A stretch of 64,000 nucleotides of DNA from Octopus sinensis. Taxonomy: Eukaryota. Where the stretch lies: the NCBI RefSeq assembly GCF_006345805.1, contig NC_043006.1:8122001-8186000 (forward strand). Direction: 5' to 3'. The position numbers and the translations under genes were made by a program. Numbering within the stretch: the stretch's first letter is position 1; every line of letters starts with the position of its first letter. This document shows, in pieces, positions 23,368 to 36,399 of this stretch. Below the pieces are notes generated by a model that had not been told where the DNA came from, made no database searches, and worked only from the letters and a program-made list of their open reading frames with translations.

Positions 23368-25614
23368 TTCTTGCGTAGTAGAATCGAATCTAGGGCGACG
23401 CACCTTCAAACAAACTTTCGTAACCGCATAGCTATATTTGCATTTATTATGTGACTATAAACTGAACATATCACAATGAAATTTGTGCTTGAGTTCTAGG
23501 ACTCTTAAAGCCGATTACCCGGTTTCCATGGTTTTAAGTGACAGAGATAAAAAAAATCACTTTTGTCTGTTGCACGGTTATTTTCAGAAGTGAATACTAG
23601 TCGACTAAATCGGTTTCAATACCTGACACACACCTTAGGTTATCGGCTTCGAAGAAGAGTTGAAAAGGACAACAGACATTAAGGCAAGGCAAACATCTCA
23701 AAATGAGAAGGGTATAGATTAATCAACACCCTTCTCATTTTCCCTATTTGTCTCTGATGACGGGATATCCCATACTTTGGGAAATCCCCAAAACAGGTCT
23801 AAGATTTTGAATTTTTGGCAATAATAATAATAATGTATATAACTTGAGCTGTTTTTCTAGCCTTAGCGTTTGTTGTCCTCTTTAACAATTATTTATATAA
23901 ATATATGATGGGCCAAATCCATTCATATGGCTACGAAATCCAGTCACGAGGCTTTGGTCGGCCCGAGGCTATAGTAGAATACACTTCCCCAAGGTGCCAC
24001 GCAGTGGGACTGAACCTGGAACCATGTGGTTGGGAATCAAGCTTCTTACCAAAAAGTCATGCCTAATATTATCTCCCGCCCTTAGTTAAAACTAATCTTA
24101 TCGCCAAAGGTTTTAACTCAGTCTGATATTATCTATCGATGACAACACATTTCTCTTGACCCTCTATATATGCTTATATTCATGAGGGCAAGGGAAAAAA
24201 ATTTCTAATGCCAAATATGCCGAAGAATTGGACATATTGTCCATTAACCATCTAGTTTTTTCACAATACGCACGCATGGTAGTAATGGAATTTTTTAGAA
24301 ATTTCTGTCGACCTTTATTCGAGTAGCGTGCGTATTGTGAAAAAACTATATGGTTAATGGACAAGATGTTCAATTTTTCGGCATATTTGGCATTAGAAAT
24401 TTTTTTCCCTTGCCCTCATTTATGAATTATATAAATTTAACCGTTAAAGGTATTTTTTAATATGCTGGCCATTGATAAAATTGTTTTCGAGGAAATACTT
24501 CTTGCGTAGTAGAATCGAATCTAGGGCGACGCACCTTCAAACAAACTTTCGTAACCGCATAGCTATATTTGCATTTATTATGTGACTATAAACTGAACAT
24601 ATCACAATGAAATTTGTGCTTGAGTTCTAGGACTCTTAAAGCCGATTACCCGGTTTCCATGGTTTTAAGTGACAGAGATAAAAAAAATCACTTTTGTCTG
24701 TTGCACGGTATTTTCAGAAGTGAATACTAGTCGACTAAATCGGTTTCAATACCTGACACACACCTTAGGTTATCGGCTTCGAAGAAGAGTTGAAAAGGAC
24801 AACAGACATTAAGGCAAGGCAAACATCTCAAAATGAGAAGGGTATAGATTAATCAACACCCTTCTCATTTTCCCTATTTGTCTCTGATGACGGGATATCC
24901 CATACTTTGGGAAATCCCCAAAACAGGTCTAAGATTTTGAATTTTTGGCAATAATAATAATAATGTATAAACTTGAGCTGTTTTTCTAGCCTTAGCGTTT
25001 GTTGTCCTCTAACATTATTTATATAAATATATGATGGGCCAAATCCATTCATATGGCTACGAAATCCAGTCACGAGGCTTTGGTCGGCCCGAGGCTATAG
25101 TAGAATACACTACCCCAAGGTGCCACGCAGTGGGACTGAACCTGGAACCATGTGGTTGGGAATCAAGCTTCTTACCAAAAGTCATGCCTAATATTATTCC
25201 CGCCCTTAGTTAAAACTAATCTTATCGCCAAAGGTTTAACTCAGTCTGATATTATCTATCGATGACAACACATCTCTTGACCCTCTATATATGCTTATAT
25301 TCATGAGGGCAAGGGAAAAAAATTTCTAATGCCAATATGCCGAAGAATTGGACATATTGTCCATTAACCATCTAGTTTTTTCACAATACGCACGCATGGT
25401 AGTAATGAAATTTTTAGAAATTTCTGTCGACCTTTATTCGGTAGCGTGCGTATTGTGAAAAAACTATATGGTTAATGGACAAGATGTTCAATTTTTCGGC
25501 ATTTTGGCATTAGAAATTTTTTCCTTGCCCTCATTTATGAATATATAAATTTAACCGTTAAAGGTATTTTTTAATATGCTGGCCATTGATAAAATTGTTT
25601 TCGAGGAAATACTT
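23368..25614. repeat. Tandem duplication of a ~1.13 kb unit (23368-24500 / 24499-25614), each unit with a SINE-B fragment and a MITE
   Basis: Near-identical units differing mostly by single-base indels. Confidence 0.9.
24183..24418. mobile_element. MITE with ~95 bp TIRs (second copy 25304-25533)
   Basis: tgagggcaagggaaaaaaatttctaatgcc...cgcacgc with its inverted complement; TSD not clear. Confidence 0.8.
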
Positions 25615-25647
25615 TTTTCGAAAAGAATTTTATCCTCACATTTGATG

Positions 25648-25679
<32 letters not shown>

Positions 25680-25789
25680 AATATATATATATATATTATA
25701 TATATTTCCACTCGTGCGATACATTACATTCAGTTAGTTATATATATCTATATATATATAATAATAATATATAGTATATATATATAAAT

Positions 25790-26058
25790 AAAATAATAAG
25801 GGTGAAAAATTGAATATTAATTTAATTAATATCAATTTAAAACCAGTGGTCTAGCATATAGAAAAATTTGCAGATTCAGAAAAATTATATTACATACATA
25901 TAAGATGGATAACCACTAAGTGGACATCCATATGCAAGAAGTCGACCCCCTAAATTTTCTTCAGAACATTTCTTTCTTAGTGATAAGACCATAGGGGGTC
26001 GACTTCTAGCATATGGATGTCCACTTAATGGTCATCCCTCTTATATGTATGTAATATA
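25790..26058 (-). mobile_element. Foldback element: (TA)-Y-spacer-Y'-X, tail related to 5111-5185
   Basis: Inverted arms at 25886-25952 and 25992-26058; accagtggtctagcata is the reverse complement of the 5111 repeat. Confidence 0.65.
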
Positions 26059-26844
26059 TATATATACATATATATTATGTCGAACAGAATCTATATTTTA
26101 ATTCCTTACTAACAATTCACTATCTACTAAATCTGAGTAATCTACTCTTCTTAATTACTTCTCTTCATAAAAATAAATCACCTTCTTCTAAACCTAAGAA
26201 AATTATTCTTCTTGATTACTCCTCTTCCAGTTTTTCTAATATATATATTTGACCCCTAATATATTCATTCACTTTATTAATAAGACTTTTGTCCTCAGTT
26301 ATTGAGTATTATGCCTACTCGTAATAAATTATAGATTTTCCTTCAAAATGAATAGATTCATAATTTCTCCTTTAATCCAATGTGTCAAAATATTCAACAC
26401 CTACCACCTAAGTATAAAACTGATGTATATAAGTATAAAGGGATCTCTGTATTCTCTATAACTTTTTGATACATAAGTGGTCACTGTGACCATCTGACAT
26501 TGAACTAGTTTTCCTAATACAAAATCTGTTTGCCAAATAGTAGTAAACAGCTTCTATGGCATTACAACCCCCTCTCTACCTTAATTTCTTTATGAAGACC
26601 TTCTGACATTTATTTCACCCCTATTTTTATAAATAGAAAATATTTTTGTCTTCTTTCAACTGATTATACTTCCCAACCTTCTAGCAGTTCAAAATAACTA
26701 AAAGAATATTCTTCAGTCGGAAGATAAACTCTACTACCTTAATGTTCTTAAAATTTAAATCGACATCTTTGTTTATATATCTACCTTCTCTATAATGTTA
26801 TCAATTGATATGGAACTTATGTATTAATGGAAAACCTCTATAAA

Positions 26845-26928
26845 TGGCTGATGATTGCTCAACATTTTAAAACTGTTGTAATACTTACAATATTTAATAA
26901 AATGATGTAGCATGAAACGATCGTACCA
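26845..26928 (+). ncRNA. Type I hammerhead ribozyme with a long stem II
   Basis: UGG CUGAUGA UUGCU...AGCAU GAA ACGAUCGU A CCA; palindromic stem III, GUA site, only a 3-bp stem I. Confidence 0.65.
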
Positions 26929-28338
26929 AATTACCGAAGATATTCTTGTTGCTTATTTTTGATAAGTGGCACCGCTCGTGAGAACTATGGAAACTGCCTG
27001 TGAAGTAGGAAGTAAGATGAAGAACTTGCGGTATGGCTGTGAAGTCCAATCCTTCGTCTATGCTCTCAGTTGCAGGTAATGTATATGTTTATATGCGTGT
27101 GGGTGAATAAGTGAACGTATAAACAAATCCATACTCGTATGCATGTATAAATGTGTGCGTGCGTGCGTATGTGTGTATATGTGTTTGTGTGTTTGTGTGT
27201 CCTTATTCCATTGACGTGTGTGCGTCCTTAATCCATAGGGTGGGGCTTCTGCATATATATGTAAATATGTGTGAACACAGTAAAATTACAGTGACCTGTC
27301 AGCAAACTGACTCTGCTGTGTTGTCTTGCCTTTAACTTGAATTATTTCGGTTTACTTCTTATACCAGGGGTTTCCCTCATATAGTCTGCAGGACTGTGTG
27401 TTCCACGAGAGTACTACATTTCATTGAAGCAAAACATTTGAGCTTCGATTGTGATCCAACCACACGCACATTAATTATTCTACAGGTCCAACTCATCCTT
27501 TTCCATAGTTGTTATAATCAAACCTTTAGCATAGAAGTCTCAAATGAACAGGAATTCAACATCGTTTTTTTTTAATGTTCTGAATAGGATTTCGCTAAAA
27601 AGAAGAACCCTGAAAGCCTCTTCTGCTTCTACTAAAGACTTTGTTATCACAGATGACCACAAATTTTAAAAACTTGAGATCAATACTCTATCACCAATTC
27701 ACTTTGTGCGACACATTTTGTTGGTTTTTTTATCAATTCAAGTTTAGTTGTGCAACGAACGTTGATTAATTTTTCATTTTACTCACCGATTAACGATCTC
27801 TTTGAAACAGAACAGAAAAAGATTATCAGTCCTTATCTTAAAGTTTTTTTTAAAATTATTATTTGTCTTCTTTTCATGATGTTACAGTCTGTTTTATCAT
27901 TTGGTTCTTTGCTTTTTGTTAAATGTTTTGTTTTTTGGGGGGTTGGGAGTGATTAAGACGTCCTTCTTTTTTTGGTTTATAGATTTCAACGAGCCTCTCG
28001 ATTGTTCACTGCATTACAAATCTGGGAAAGTAACGAGGAAAAGTCTGTGCAACTCGGACGGAATAAATATCACAAAGTGCATCTTCGAACGCACATGTGT
28101 ACCGGTTTGCTTTCTAGTGGTATAAATCGGCGAAAAATCGGTGGAAGGCATACATATACATCTATAATAATATATAAGTACACCTAAAGCTAAAATAACT
28201 ATGAATGTATTCTATATCTTTTATTGTTACAAATGCATTTCTGGTATTAAGGTGTTCCCAGAAGCATGAAACCTCGTCAGAAGAATAGGATAACGAGTTT
28301 AAAATGTATGTATATACATATACATGTGTCTGTGTGTG

Positions 28339-28370
<32 letters not shown>

Positions 28371-28443
28371 CAAGAGAGAAAAGGTGTGTGTGTGTGTGTG
28401 TGTGTGTGCATGTATGTGTGTATATATACAAACTCAATACTTC

Positions 28444-28491
28444 GTCTCCGATGAAGGGATTTAATAAATATCTCGGAAACAGCTGAAAGAC
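28444..28491 (+). ncRNA. Hammerhead-like motif, U4C variant family (copy 1)
   Basis: GUCU CCGAUGA A GGGA...UCUCG GAA ACAGCUGA A AGAC; downstream tail matches 39184-39250. Confidence 0.5.
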
Positions 28492-28551
28492 CATCTATTA
28501 TAAATGTTCTAAAATCTTCACAGCCTTGGATTTTTATCTCATTCTGACAAA

Positions 28552-28645
<94 letters not shown>

Positions 28646-28711
28646 TACATACATACATACATACATACACAAATATATATGCACACACACACATATAGAT
28701 AGATATATATA

Positions 28712-29603
28712 CGAGAGAGTAGCCAGAAGAAACCGAACTTTTACAATATCATTTTATTCACTTAGTTTATCGCCTTCAAATTATTCTCCATTTGAAGCAA
28801 TGCATTGGTTCAGTCGTGGTTTCCAGTATTTTCAGCAGTGCTTCAGCTCTGGTGAAGCGATGCCTTTTAACGCATACGTTAATTTTTATTCTTCGCCTGT
28901 TTCACATCTGCAAATTCGGTAGTACCAGCATTTGTCACCAGTGATGGCCTTCGAGGAAAGATCCGGATTAACTTCCAACTGTTCTTTCAATTCACGATAC
29001 GCATTCAATCGTGACTGCTTTCGATCTTCCATGAACAAGCGAGGCACAAATTTTGCTGCAACTCTTTTCATTCGCAATTCCTCGCTCAAAATTCGTTGGC
29101 AGGAGCTCCAAGACACACCAGTCATATCGCGACATATTTGTCAGTTGTTCGGTGACGGCTCTCCATGATAAATTCATGAATGTTCATGATGTTTTCATTC
29201 GTTCGGGAGTTCGACGGTCGGCCCGAACGAGGTTGGACTTCAAGCGACAAGTGACAATTCCTAAAGCGCGGAAACCACTTGTAAACCTATGTTTTGCTCA
29301 TGCTGGTGTCCTTGTACGCTGTTTGAAGCATGACAACTTTTTCAACCGCCGATTGCCCCAGCAGAAAACAGAATTTCGCGGAAGCACGCTGTTCCTTGGT
29401 TCCAGCCATCGCAAAAATCGACGAACAGGGGAGAAGACTGCAAAACAATGACACACCACGTGGTAGTACGACTCCAGCCGACGACGCCGGTCAGCAGACT
29501 GATGCCTGAAAGTCGTATCAAGTGGCTTCTGGCGGCGGAAGCCTGAACAACAACCAATTTGTCCCACACAGCAGGTTTCCGATTACTTTTCAGTAGCCCC
29601 TCG
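28712..29603 (-). mobile_element. Internally deleted mariner element
   Basis: TA-flanked CGAG termini; ILSEELRMKRVAAKFVPRL...ITGD transposase remnant. Confidence 0.8.
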
Positions 29604-29669
29604 TATATATATATATCTATGAGTGTGTGCATATGTGTGTGTGTGTATGTGCGTTTGTGTATGTGTAAT

Positions 29670-30110
29670 CGAGGTGAAATCGTCGAACAGACATCCGTGA
29701 GTCATCAGAGGATGTGCAGATTTGTTACGGTTCAGTTCAGTCAATTATCACTGAAGATTTGGGTATGAGCCACATGTCTGCCAAGTTTGTTCCAAAACTG
29801 CTTTCAGCAGATCAAAAAGACACTCGGGTTTCAGTAACACAATATCTCTTTGATTGTGTTGTGAACGATGAAAACTTTTTTGAAAACTTTGCGTAGGCCT
29901 CTGAGCAGATATCGCCAAGCTTTTGACAAAATTTGATGCAGATTCTCTGCTCAAATTTCTCTGTCATGCTCAATGCGACGATCACACGCTAGACATGTTC
30001 CGTCTAAGCACTACTGTAAACAGCAGAAGTGAGCTAGAACGTTTATAACTTAGTACACATGCACAACAGAGTTCAAGGATAATATTCCTTTGCGTGCTTT
30101 AGCTTTGTTT
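29670..30110. mobile_element. Two mariner transposase fragments in opposite orientation
   Basis: Plus strand: IITEDLGMSHMSAKFVPKLLS (29714-29896). Minus strand: MTEKFEQRICIKFCQKLG (~29900-29970). Confidence 0.7.
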
Positions 30111-30184
30111 CAAAATGTGACCTCGTGTGTACCGTTGACGATTTTTTTTTCCTGTTTCCCTTCTCTGGATCTTTTCTTCTCTAT

Positions 30185-30219
30185 GTTTCCGGCGAAGAGC
30201 TCCGCTCGAAACGTTAAAC
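30185..30219 (+). ncRNA. Minimal hammerhead-like motif with core substitutions, in a short repeat (~30130-30320)
   Basis: GUUU CCGGCGA A GAGC UCC GCUC GAA ACGU U AAAC; (TA)n about 100 nt downstream. Confidence 0.55.
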
Positions 30220-30316
30220 CCTCCTTCTTCCCTCCTTTCCTGGGCGTCCAATAATACTATATTTGTTCCACGTCCTCGCGTTGTTGTGTTTTTTTGTGTT
30301 TTCTTGTTTGGATTAA

Positions 30317-30362
<46 letters not shown>

Positions 30363-30598
30363 TGGATGAATGAATTATCCTTTGTTTACTGATAACATGG
30401 AACATTCAATAAACAGTTACCAGGGTAGCAAAATTAACGCAAGTAACACGGATGAAGCGACCTATTCAAAGGTAGAAACCCGAAAGTAAAAGAATTTTGA
30501 TAACATTTTCGTTCAACTCAATTTATTTACTTATATATTATATATATATATATTTAGTCATATATATTATATATTTATATATATATATTATATATATA

Positions 30599-30675
<77 letters not shown>

Positions 30676-30730
30676 TATATATATAAATATATTATATATA
30701 TAAATATATAAATATATATATATCATACGA

Positions 30731-30949
30731 TAGAGTATATCATACGATAGAAGAGAAAACGATAAGGAGTATAAGTCACAAATGACAAATTATTTCGTAA
30801 TATAAAAACATGTAATTAATTTTTATTATTATATTTAATAATAAATAAATTACTTACATGCCTGCATTAATGCAAATTTTTTTTTAAATCATCAAAATAA
30901 CGCAGACCTTAAGTAATTTATTATTAATAGGATTATATAAATTATTTGC

Positions 30950-30992
<43 letters not shown>

Positions 30993-31052
30993 TCATATAT
31001 ATATATATAATATATAAATATATATATATATATATAATATATATATATATAC

Positions 31053-31125
<73 letters not shown>

Positions 31126-31347
31126 GCAAATAATTTATATAATCCTATTAAATAATAAATTACTTAAGGTCTGCGTTATTTTGATGATTTAAAAAAAAAT
31201 TTGCATTAATGCAGGCATGTAAGTAATTTATTTATTATTAAATATAATAATTAAAAATTAATTACATGTTTTTATATTACGAAATAATTTGTCATTTGTG
31301 ACTTTATACTCCTTATCGTTTTCTCTTCTATCGTATGATATACTCTA
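30731..31347. repeat. Large inverted repeat (~230 bp arms) around a TA tract
   Basis: 30731-30960 is the reverse complement of 31115-31347 apart from 1-bp indels. Confidence 0.9.
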
Positions 31348-31432
31348 TGTTTTGTAGAATAATACATAAAGGAGCTTTTTTATGAGTACTACTGGATTAC
31401 TCGAATGAATATTGACTTTATATATGTATATA

Positions 31433-31650
31433 GCTATTATATAAAATCTGTTCTGTTTGTCTGTCTGTGTGTCTTCTAGAATCTCGGTCATCCTCCATCC
31501 GATTGCGCTCAAATTTGATATGTAGATATCAACGGTATCAAGGCGTGTATAAGTCTTGAAAAAATTACAAAAATCGATTCCAGGTGAGAATGCGGTCGAT
31601 AAAACCGTGGGAACGTGCATTTGCATGCGCAAGTACATCAGCTGTTGGAA
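31433..31650 (+). mobile_element. Helitron/Helentron-like head fragment
   Basis: ctattatataaaatctgttctgtttgtctgtctg head similar to 2113, 8563 and 59530. Confidence 0.35.
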
Positions 31651-31945
31651 AGTACTTACTCGTACTTTAAACTCTTCGGTTGCATATTTGTGTGAATAAA
31701 ATCGTTTCTATTCGGAATAGAAAAAGTGTATCTTTATTTCTTCTTTTGCTGGTGTCTCAAATTTAGGTAAAATCAGTGTTTCTCAAAGAGGAGGTCTATG
31801 GGACGGTCAGACAAGTTGTTATGAGAAAATTTGGTTTTAATGTTTGACAACTCAGCACCGTCCATTGGACGGAGGCGGGCGTTTTGCTAGAAATATCATA
31901 AAGGAGCTTTTTTATGAGTACTACTGGATTACTCGAATGGATATT

Positions 31946-32053
<108 letters not shown>

Positions 32054-32147
32054 TATAGGGAGAGTTTACGAAAGAAACAAAAGACGAAGACAGGTGGTGT
32101 ACAAAACAAACAGATGTATTAGTATAACGCTCAGGAATAGAAAAAGT

Positions 32148-32183
32148 CTTTTACGTTTCGAGCCTATGCTCTTCTACAGAAAG
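32148..32183 (-). ncRNA. Minimal hammerhead-like motif (A6U) in a short repeat (32056-32190)
   Basis: CUUU CUGUAGA A GAGC AUAG GCUC GAA ACGU A AAAG. Confidence 0.6.
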
Positions 32184-32861
32184 GGACACAGTATAAAACA
32201 AGGAGAGAAGCAGAGAAAAAAAAAGAGAGAAAAAATGTGTGTAGTGCCTAACGATCTATCATGGTGACTATATATGTATGTATGTGTGTATGTACGAAAC
32301 ATCCCTACTTTTACTTAAATCATGGTTTAAACTCAGTGTGTTTGGACAATAACAATAACGGAGCTTGGTGGTTGAGTATCGAATAAATAATAGATTACAT
32401 CAATATCTTAAATAAAACAGTTTTGAGTGTCAGTTGGAAAATATCTATCAACTGATCGATGAATCGATCGTTTTTTCGGGCTTTCTCTTTTTCCCAATCC
32501 GAATTTTTTCTTTCTTCATGATCTTTCTACTATCAGAGTAATGAACCATTGAATTGATTTTATCGCAGAATTATTCAGGAAATTGTTTGTAGATTTCAGT
32601 GCCTTTATCTTCCACAGACGTGATTATTCAACAGGATTTTGTTCCAGTTCGGATTCCCATTTTATTTTTGTGTTTTTCTGCCCACAGTAACAGCCAAATA
32701 TACAATGTTCAACTATTTCCTATTGTCGATGTTCATAGGGGGAAAAAAAACAACTTAAAAACTTTGGTTGATGTGTTTATTGCAGCACTTTTTAATCTTC
32801 CACCTATGTTTGCAGAATCTAATACTTCATTTTTGAAATTTGAATACACTCTACTTATTGT

Positions 32862-32905
<44 letters not shown>

Positions 32906-32914
32906 TGTGTGTGT

Positions 32915-33874
32915 GTATACACGCGCGTAGATATATAGATATATAGATATATTGGTATATATGTATCTATGTACGTAAATATAAATATAATTACACACTT
33001 ACATACATACATACAATTATATAGATACATATATATATACATATATATATATAAACATATAGGTATATACATATATATACATGTGTGCATATGTATATAT
33101 ATTTCTTTACTACCCACAACGGGCTAAACATAGAGGGGCAAACAAGGACAGACAAAGGGATTAAGTCGATGACATCGACCCCAGTGCACAACTGGTACTT
33201 AATTTATCGACCCCGAAAGGATGAAAGGCAAAGTCGACCTCGGCGGAATTTGAACTCGGAACGTAACGACATACGAAATACTGTTACGAATTTCGCCCGG
33301 CGTGCTAACGTTTCTACCAGCTCGCTGCCTAATGTGTGCATATGTATATATTTGTGTGTGTGTGTGAGTGTGTGTATATATATATGTGTGTGTGTGTGTG
33401 TTGTGTGTGTGTGGTATACACGCGCGTAGATATATAGATATATAGATATATTGGTATATATGTATCTATGTACGTAATATAAATATAATTACACACTTAC
33501 ATACATACATACAATTATATAGATACATATATATATATACATATATATATATAAACATATAGGTATATACATATATATACATGTGTGCATATGTATATAT
33601 ATTTCTTTACTACCCACAACGGGCTAAACATAGAGGGGCAAACAAGGACAGACAAAGGGATTAAGTCGATGACATCGACCCCAGTGCACAACTGGTACTT
33701 AATTTATCGACCCCGAAAGGATGAAAGGCAAAGTCGACCTCGGCGGAATTTGAACTCGGAACGTAACGACATACGAAATACTGTTACGAATTTCGCCCGG
33801 CGTGCTAACGTTTCTACCAGCTCGCTGCCTAATGTGTGCATATGTATATATTTGTGTGTGTGTGTGAGTGTGTG

Positions 33875-33910
<36 letters not shown>
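32915..33910. repeat. Tandem duplication of a ~500 bp unit, each with a SINE-A copy (33100-33329, 33600-33829, minus)
   Basis: Near-identical units, small indels only. Confidence 0.9.
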
Positions 33911-33911
<1 letters not shown>

Positions 33912-34482
33912 TATGGTTGTTAAGTGTTAAAAACAAGCGTTTGTTGGATGCAAGACTCACTACTTAAGGTAGTGCTAAGTTTATCATGGTATGAGGATAC
34001 AGCGTTATTCTCCTTACACTGAACAAACCACTATTTATATTCCCTTTTATACATCTATTTGAAAACTTCTTCAACTTCAAAAACTAAATTTTAATTTACC
34101 CCCACAATCTAACAACAAGCCCAAATTATTAAACTCATTTCAAATAAAAACATTTCTAGGCATTCATACGTTTTATAGAATTTTTCATGTATTAATGCCT
34201 GCATACTCTGTATTTTTCTTGCTATTTGAAGACGCCATCATAAGTGAAAAAAAATGCCGCAGTTAATTCTTACATATAATAAATTTCACTCTTATACCAG
34301 TATGCCCTTTATCAGTAAGTGGTTGTTGTTACTGGCCACTTAACAACCTTAACACTAATACAGTTTTTACTTCACTGCTCGGCTCTCTTTAGCCAATTTG
34401 ATGCTGATCAAATTGTAGCCAATTCAAGTGTTTTTCTCACTAATGACTCTCGACCCATAATGCAGAAAACTTCATTAAAGAA

Positions 34483-34872
34483 GGCGTACGAGTGGCTGTG
34501 TCGTAAGTAGCTTGCTTACCAACCACATGGTTCCGGGTTCAGTCCCACTGCGTGGTACCTTGGGCAAGTGTCTTCTACTATAGCCTCGGGCCGACCAAAG
34601 CTTTGTGAGTGGATTTGGTAGACGGAAACTGAAAGAAGCCCGTCGTATATATGTATATGTATATGTATGTGTCTGTGTTTGTGCCCCCAACATCGCTTGA
34701 CAACCGACGGTGGTGTGTTTACGTGCCCGTAACTTAGCGGTTCGGGAAAAGAGACCGATAGAATAAGTACTAGGCTTACAAAGAATAAGTCCTGGGATCG
34801 ATTTGTTTGACTAAAGGCGGTGCTCCAGCATGACCGCGGTCAAATGACTGAAACAAGTAAAAGAGTAAAGAG
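34483..34872 (+). mobile_element. tRNA-derived SINE family B, full length
   Basis: Head ggcgtacgagtggctgtgtcgtaag...ggttccgggttcagtccc; internal microsatellite; tail gaaacaagtaaaagag. Confidence 0.85.
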
Positions 34873-36129
34873 ATTCGATGGGAGATATATTTCTTTGAAA
34901 AATAATTATGAGGTAAAAGCTAATAAATATCCTCCCGCTAATTCTCGTCTTCAACCTTTTTAAAACGGGGTATTCGTCATTCGTCATAATACAGCGTTAA
35001 GTTTCGAGAACATCAAGAATTTTCAAAAGCTCTCTGATCTAACCAAAATATTGTGGCCTGGAGGAATTGTATTACAATTATTTCAGGAGAGATTCTCTTT
35101 TATTTTCGGTAGTTTATGTCGATATGTTATGTCGCACGTTCCGATGACTTCTACTCAACTCTTCTCTACTCTGCTGACTGCTACTCAACTGTGTTCTCTG
35201 CTACTCTCTACTGCTACTGTACGTATTGGGCTAGCCTACTTCATCGTCTGGGGGCGTCCGCACAACACGATACGATCGTCTTTTTACTCTTCGAAATTTC
35301 AACAAACAAAAAAAAAACAAAAACAAAACAGATCAATTCCGAGAAAAAAAAATCTTCCACATTCCCTAAATTCCGTAAAGTATTAAGATTAAGAAGTGCA
35401 CTGAAGGCCGACCAGAAAAATTACAATATATGCACAAATTAATTCGCCAACTTTGCTTTTCATCCTTCAAGATCGATAAAAGTAAAGTACCAGTTAAATA
35501 CTGGTGTCGATAGTCTCCACTTACTTCTTCCCCTTCAATGTTATTACCCCAGCGCCTACACAAGGAACGATTGCATATCATTTTATTTATTCTCCACAGA
35601 TATGAATGCATTTGTGTGAGTACAACTCACCTGTAATTATTAAACACCTGGAAATTTCTCTGAAATATGTGTGACCAGAACAAACATGAATCCACGAATG
35701 AAATTATACATGGCCGGAGTAAACCCTTGATTGCGCAATTTATAGACTTACAACTTATCCTTCTCTTTCAGTTTTAGTTTTTATTCCAAATGGCAATCAG
35801 CCCCTAAACATACTAAACCCATCCCTTTACACATACACACCTGGCCCATTACGAAAAATTGCATGTTTTTTTTTCTTTTCTTTAGCACTATTTTGTCAGT
35901 TCTTCTTACCCAGAGACTTTTCTCTACACACTTCTTGTATAATCTAAATAATGAATCACGTATATGTACGACATTTCGTATTCAAATGAATAACTGGAAA
36001 CGTGAAATTCGAATAACTAGGCGAGAGGTGTCAGTTGTTGCTGTTATAAGTAATACTATCTTTTTGGTATTGGGTATAGTTTTGCTCTTCTTGTCTGTAG
36101 ATACGTAGCCAGATATACATGTACTCTAT

Positions 36130-36259
<130 letters not shown>

Positions 36260-36399
36260 TTAGATATGTGTTTGTGTGAGCGTGTGTGTGCGTGTGTGCG
36301 TTAAACTTGAAAGAAAGTCTTGTCGCATTTCAGAATGGAAAAAGAAATAAATTCTTTGATCTTAATTGCTATATTTCATCCAGATAAAACTTCCTCTTA

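Noticed and set aside
23754-23805. CUGAUGA C GGGAU...AUCCC hammerhead-like start (duplicate near 24885)
   Set aside because: GAAA is replaced by CAAAA, stem III is not palindromic and stem I does not pair; at most a fossil
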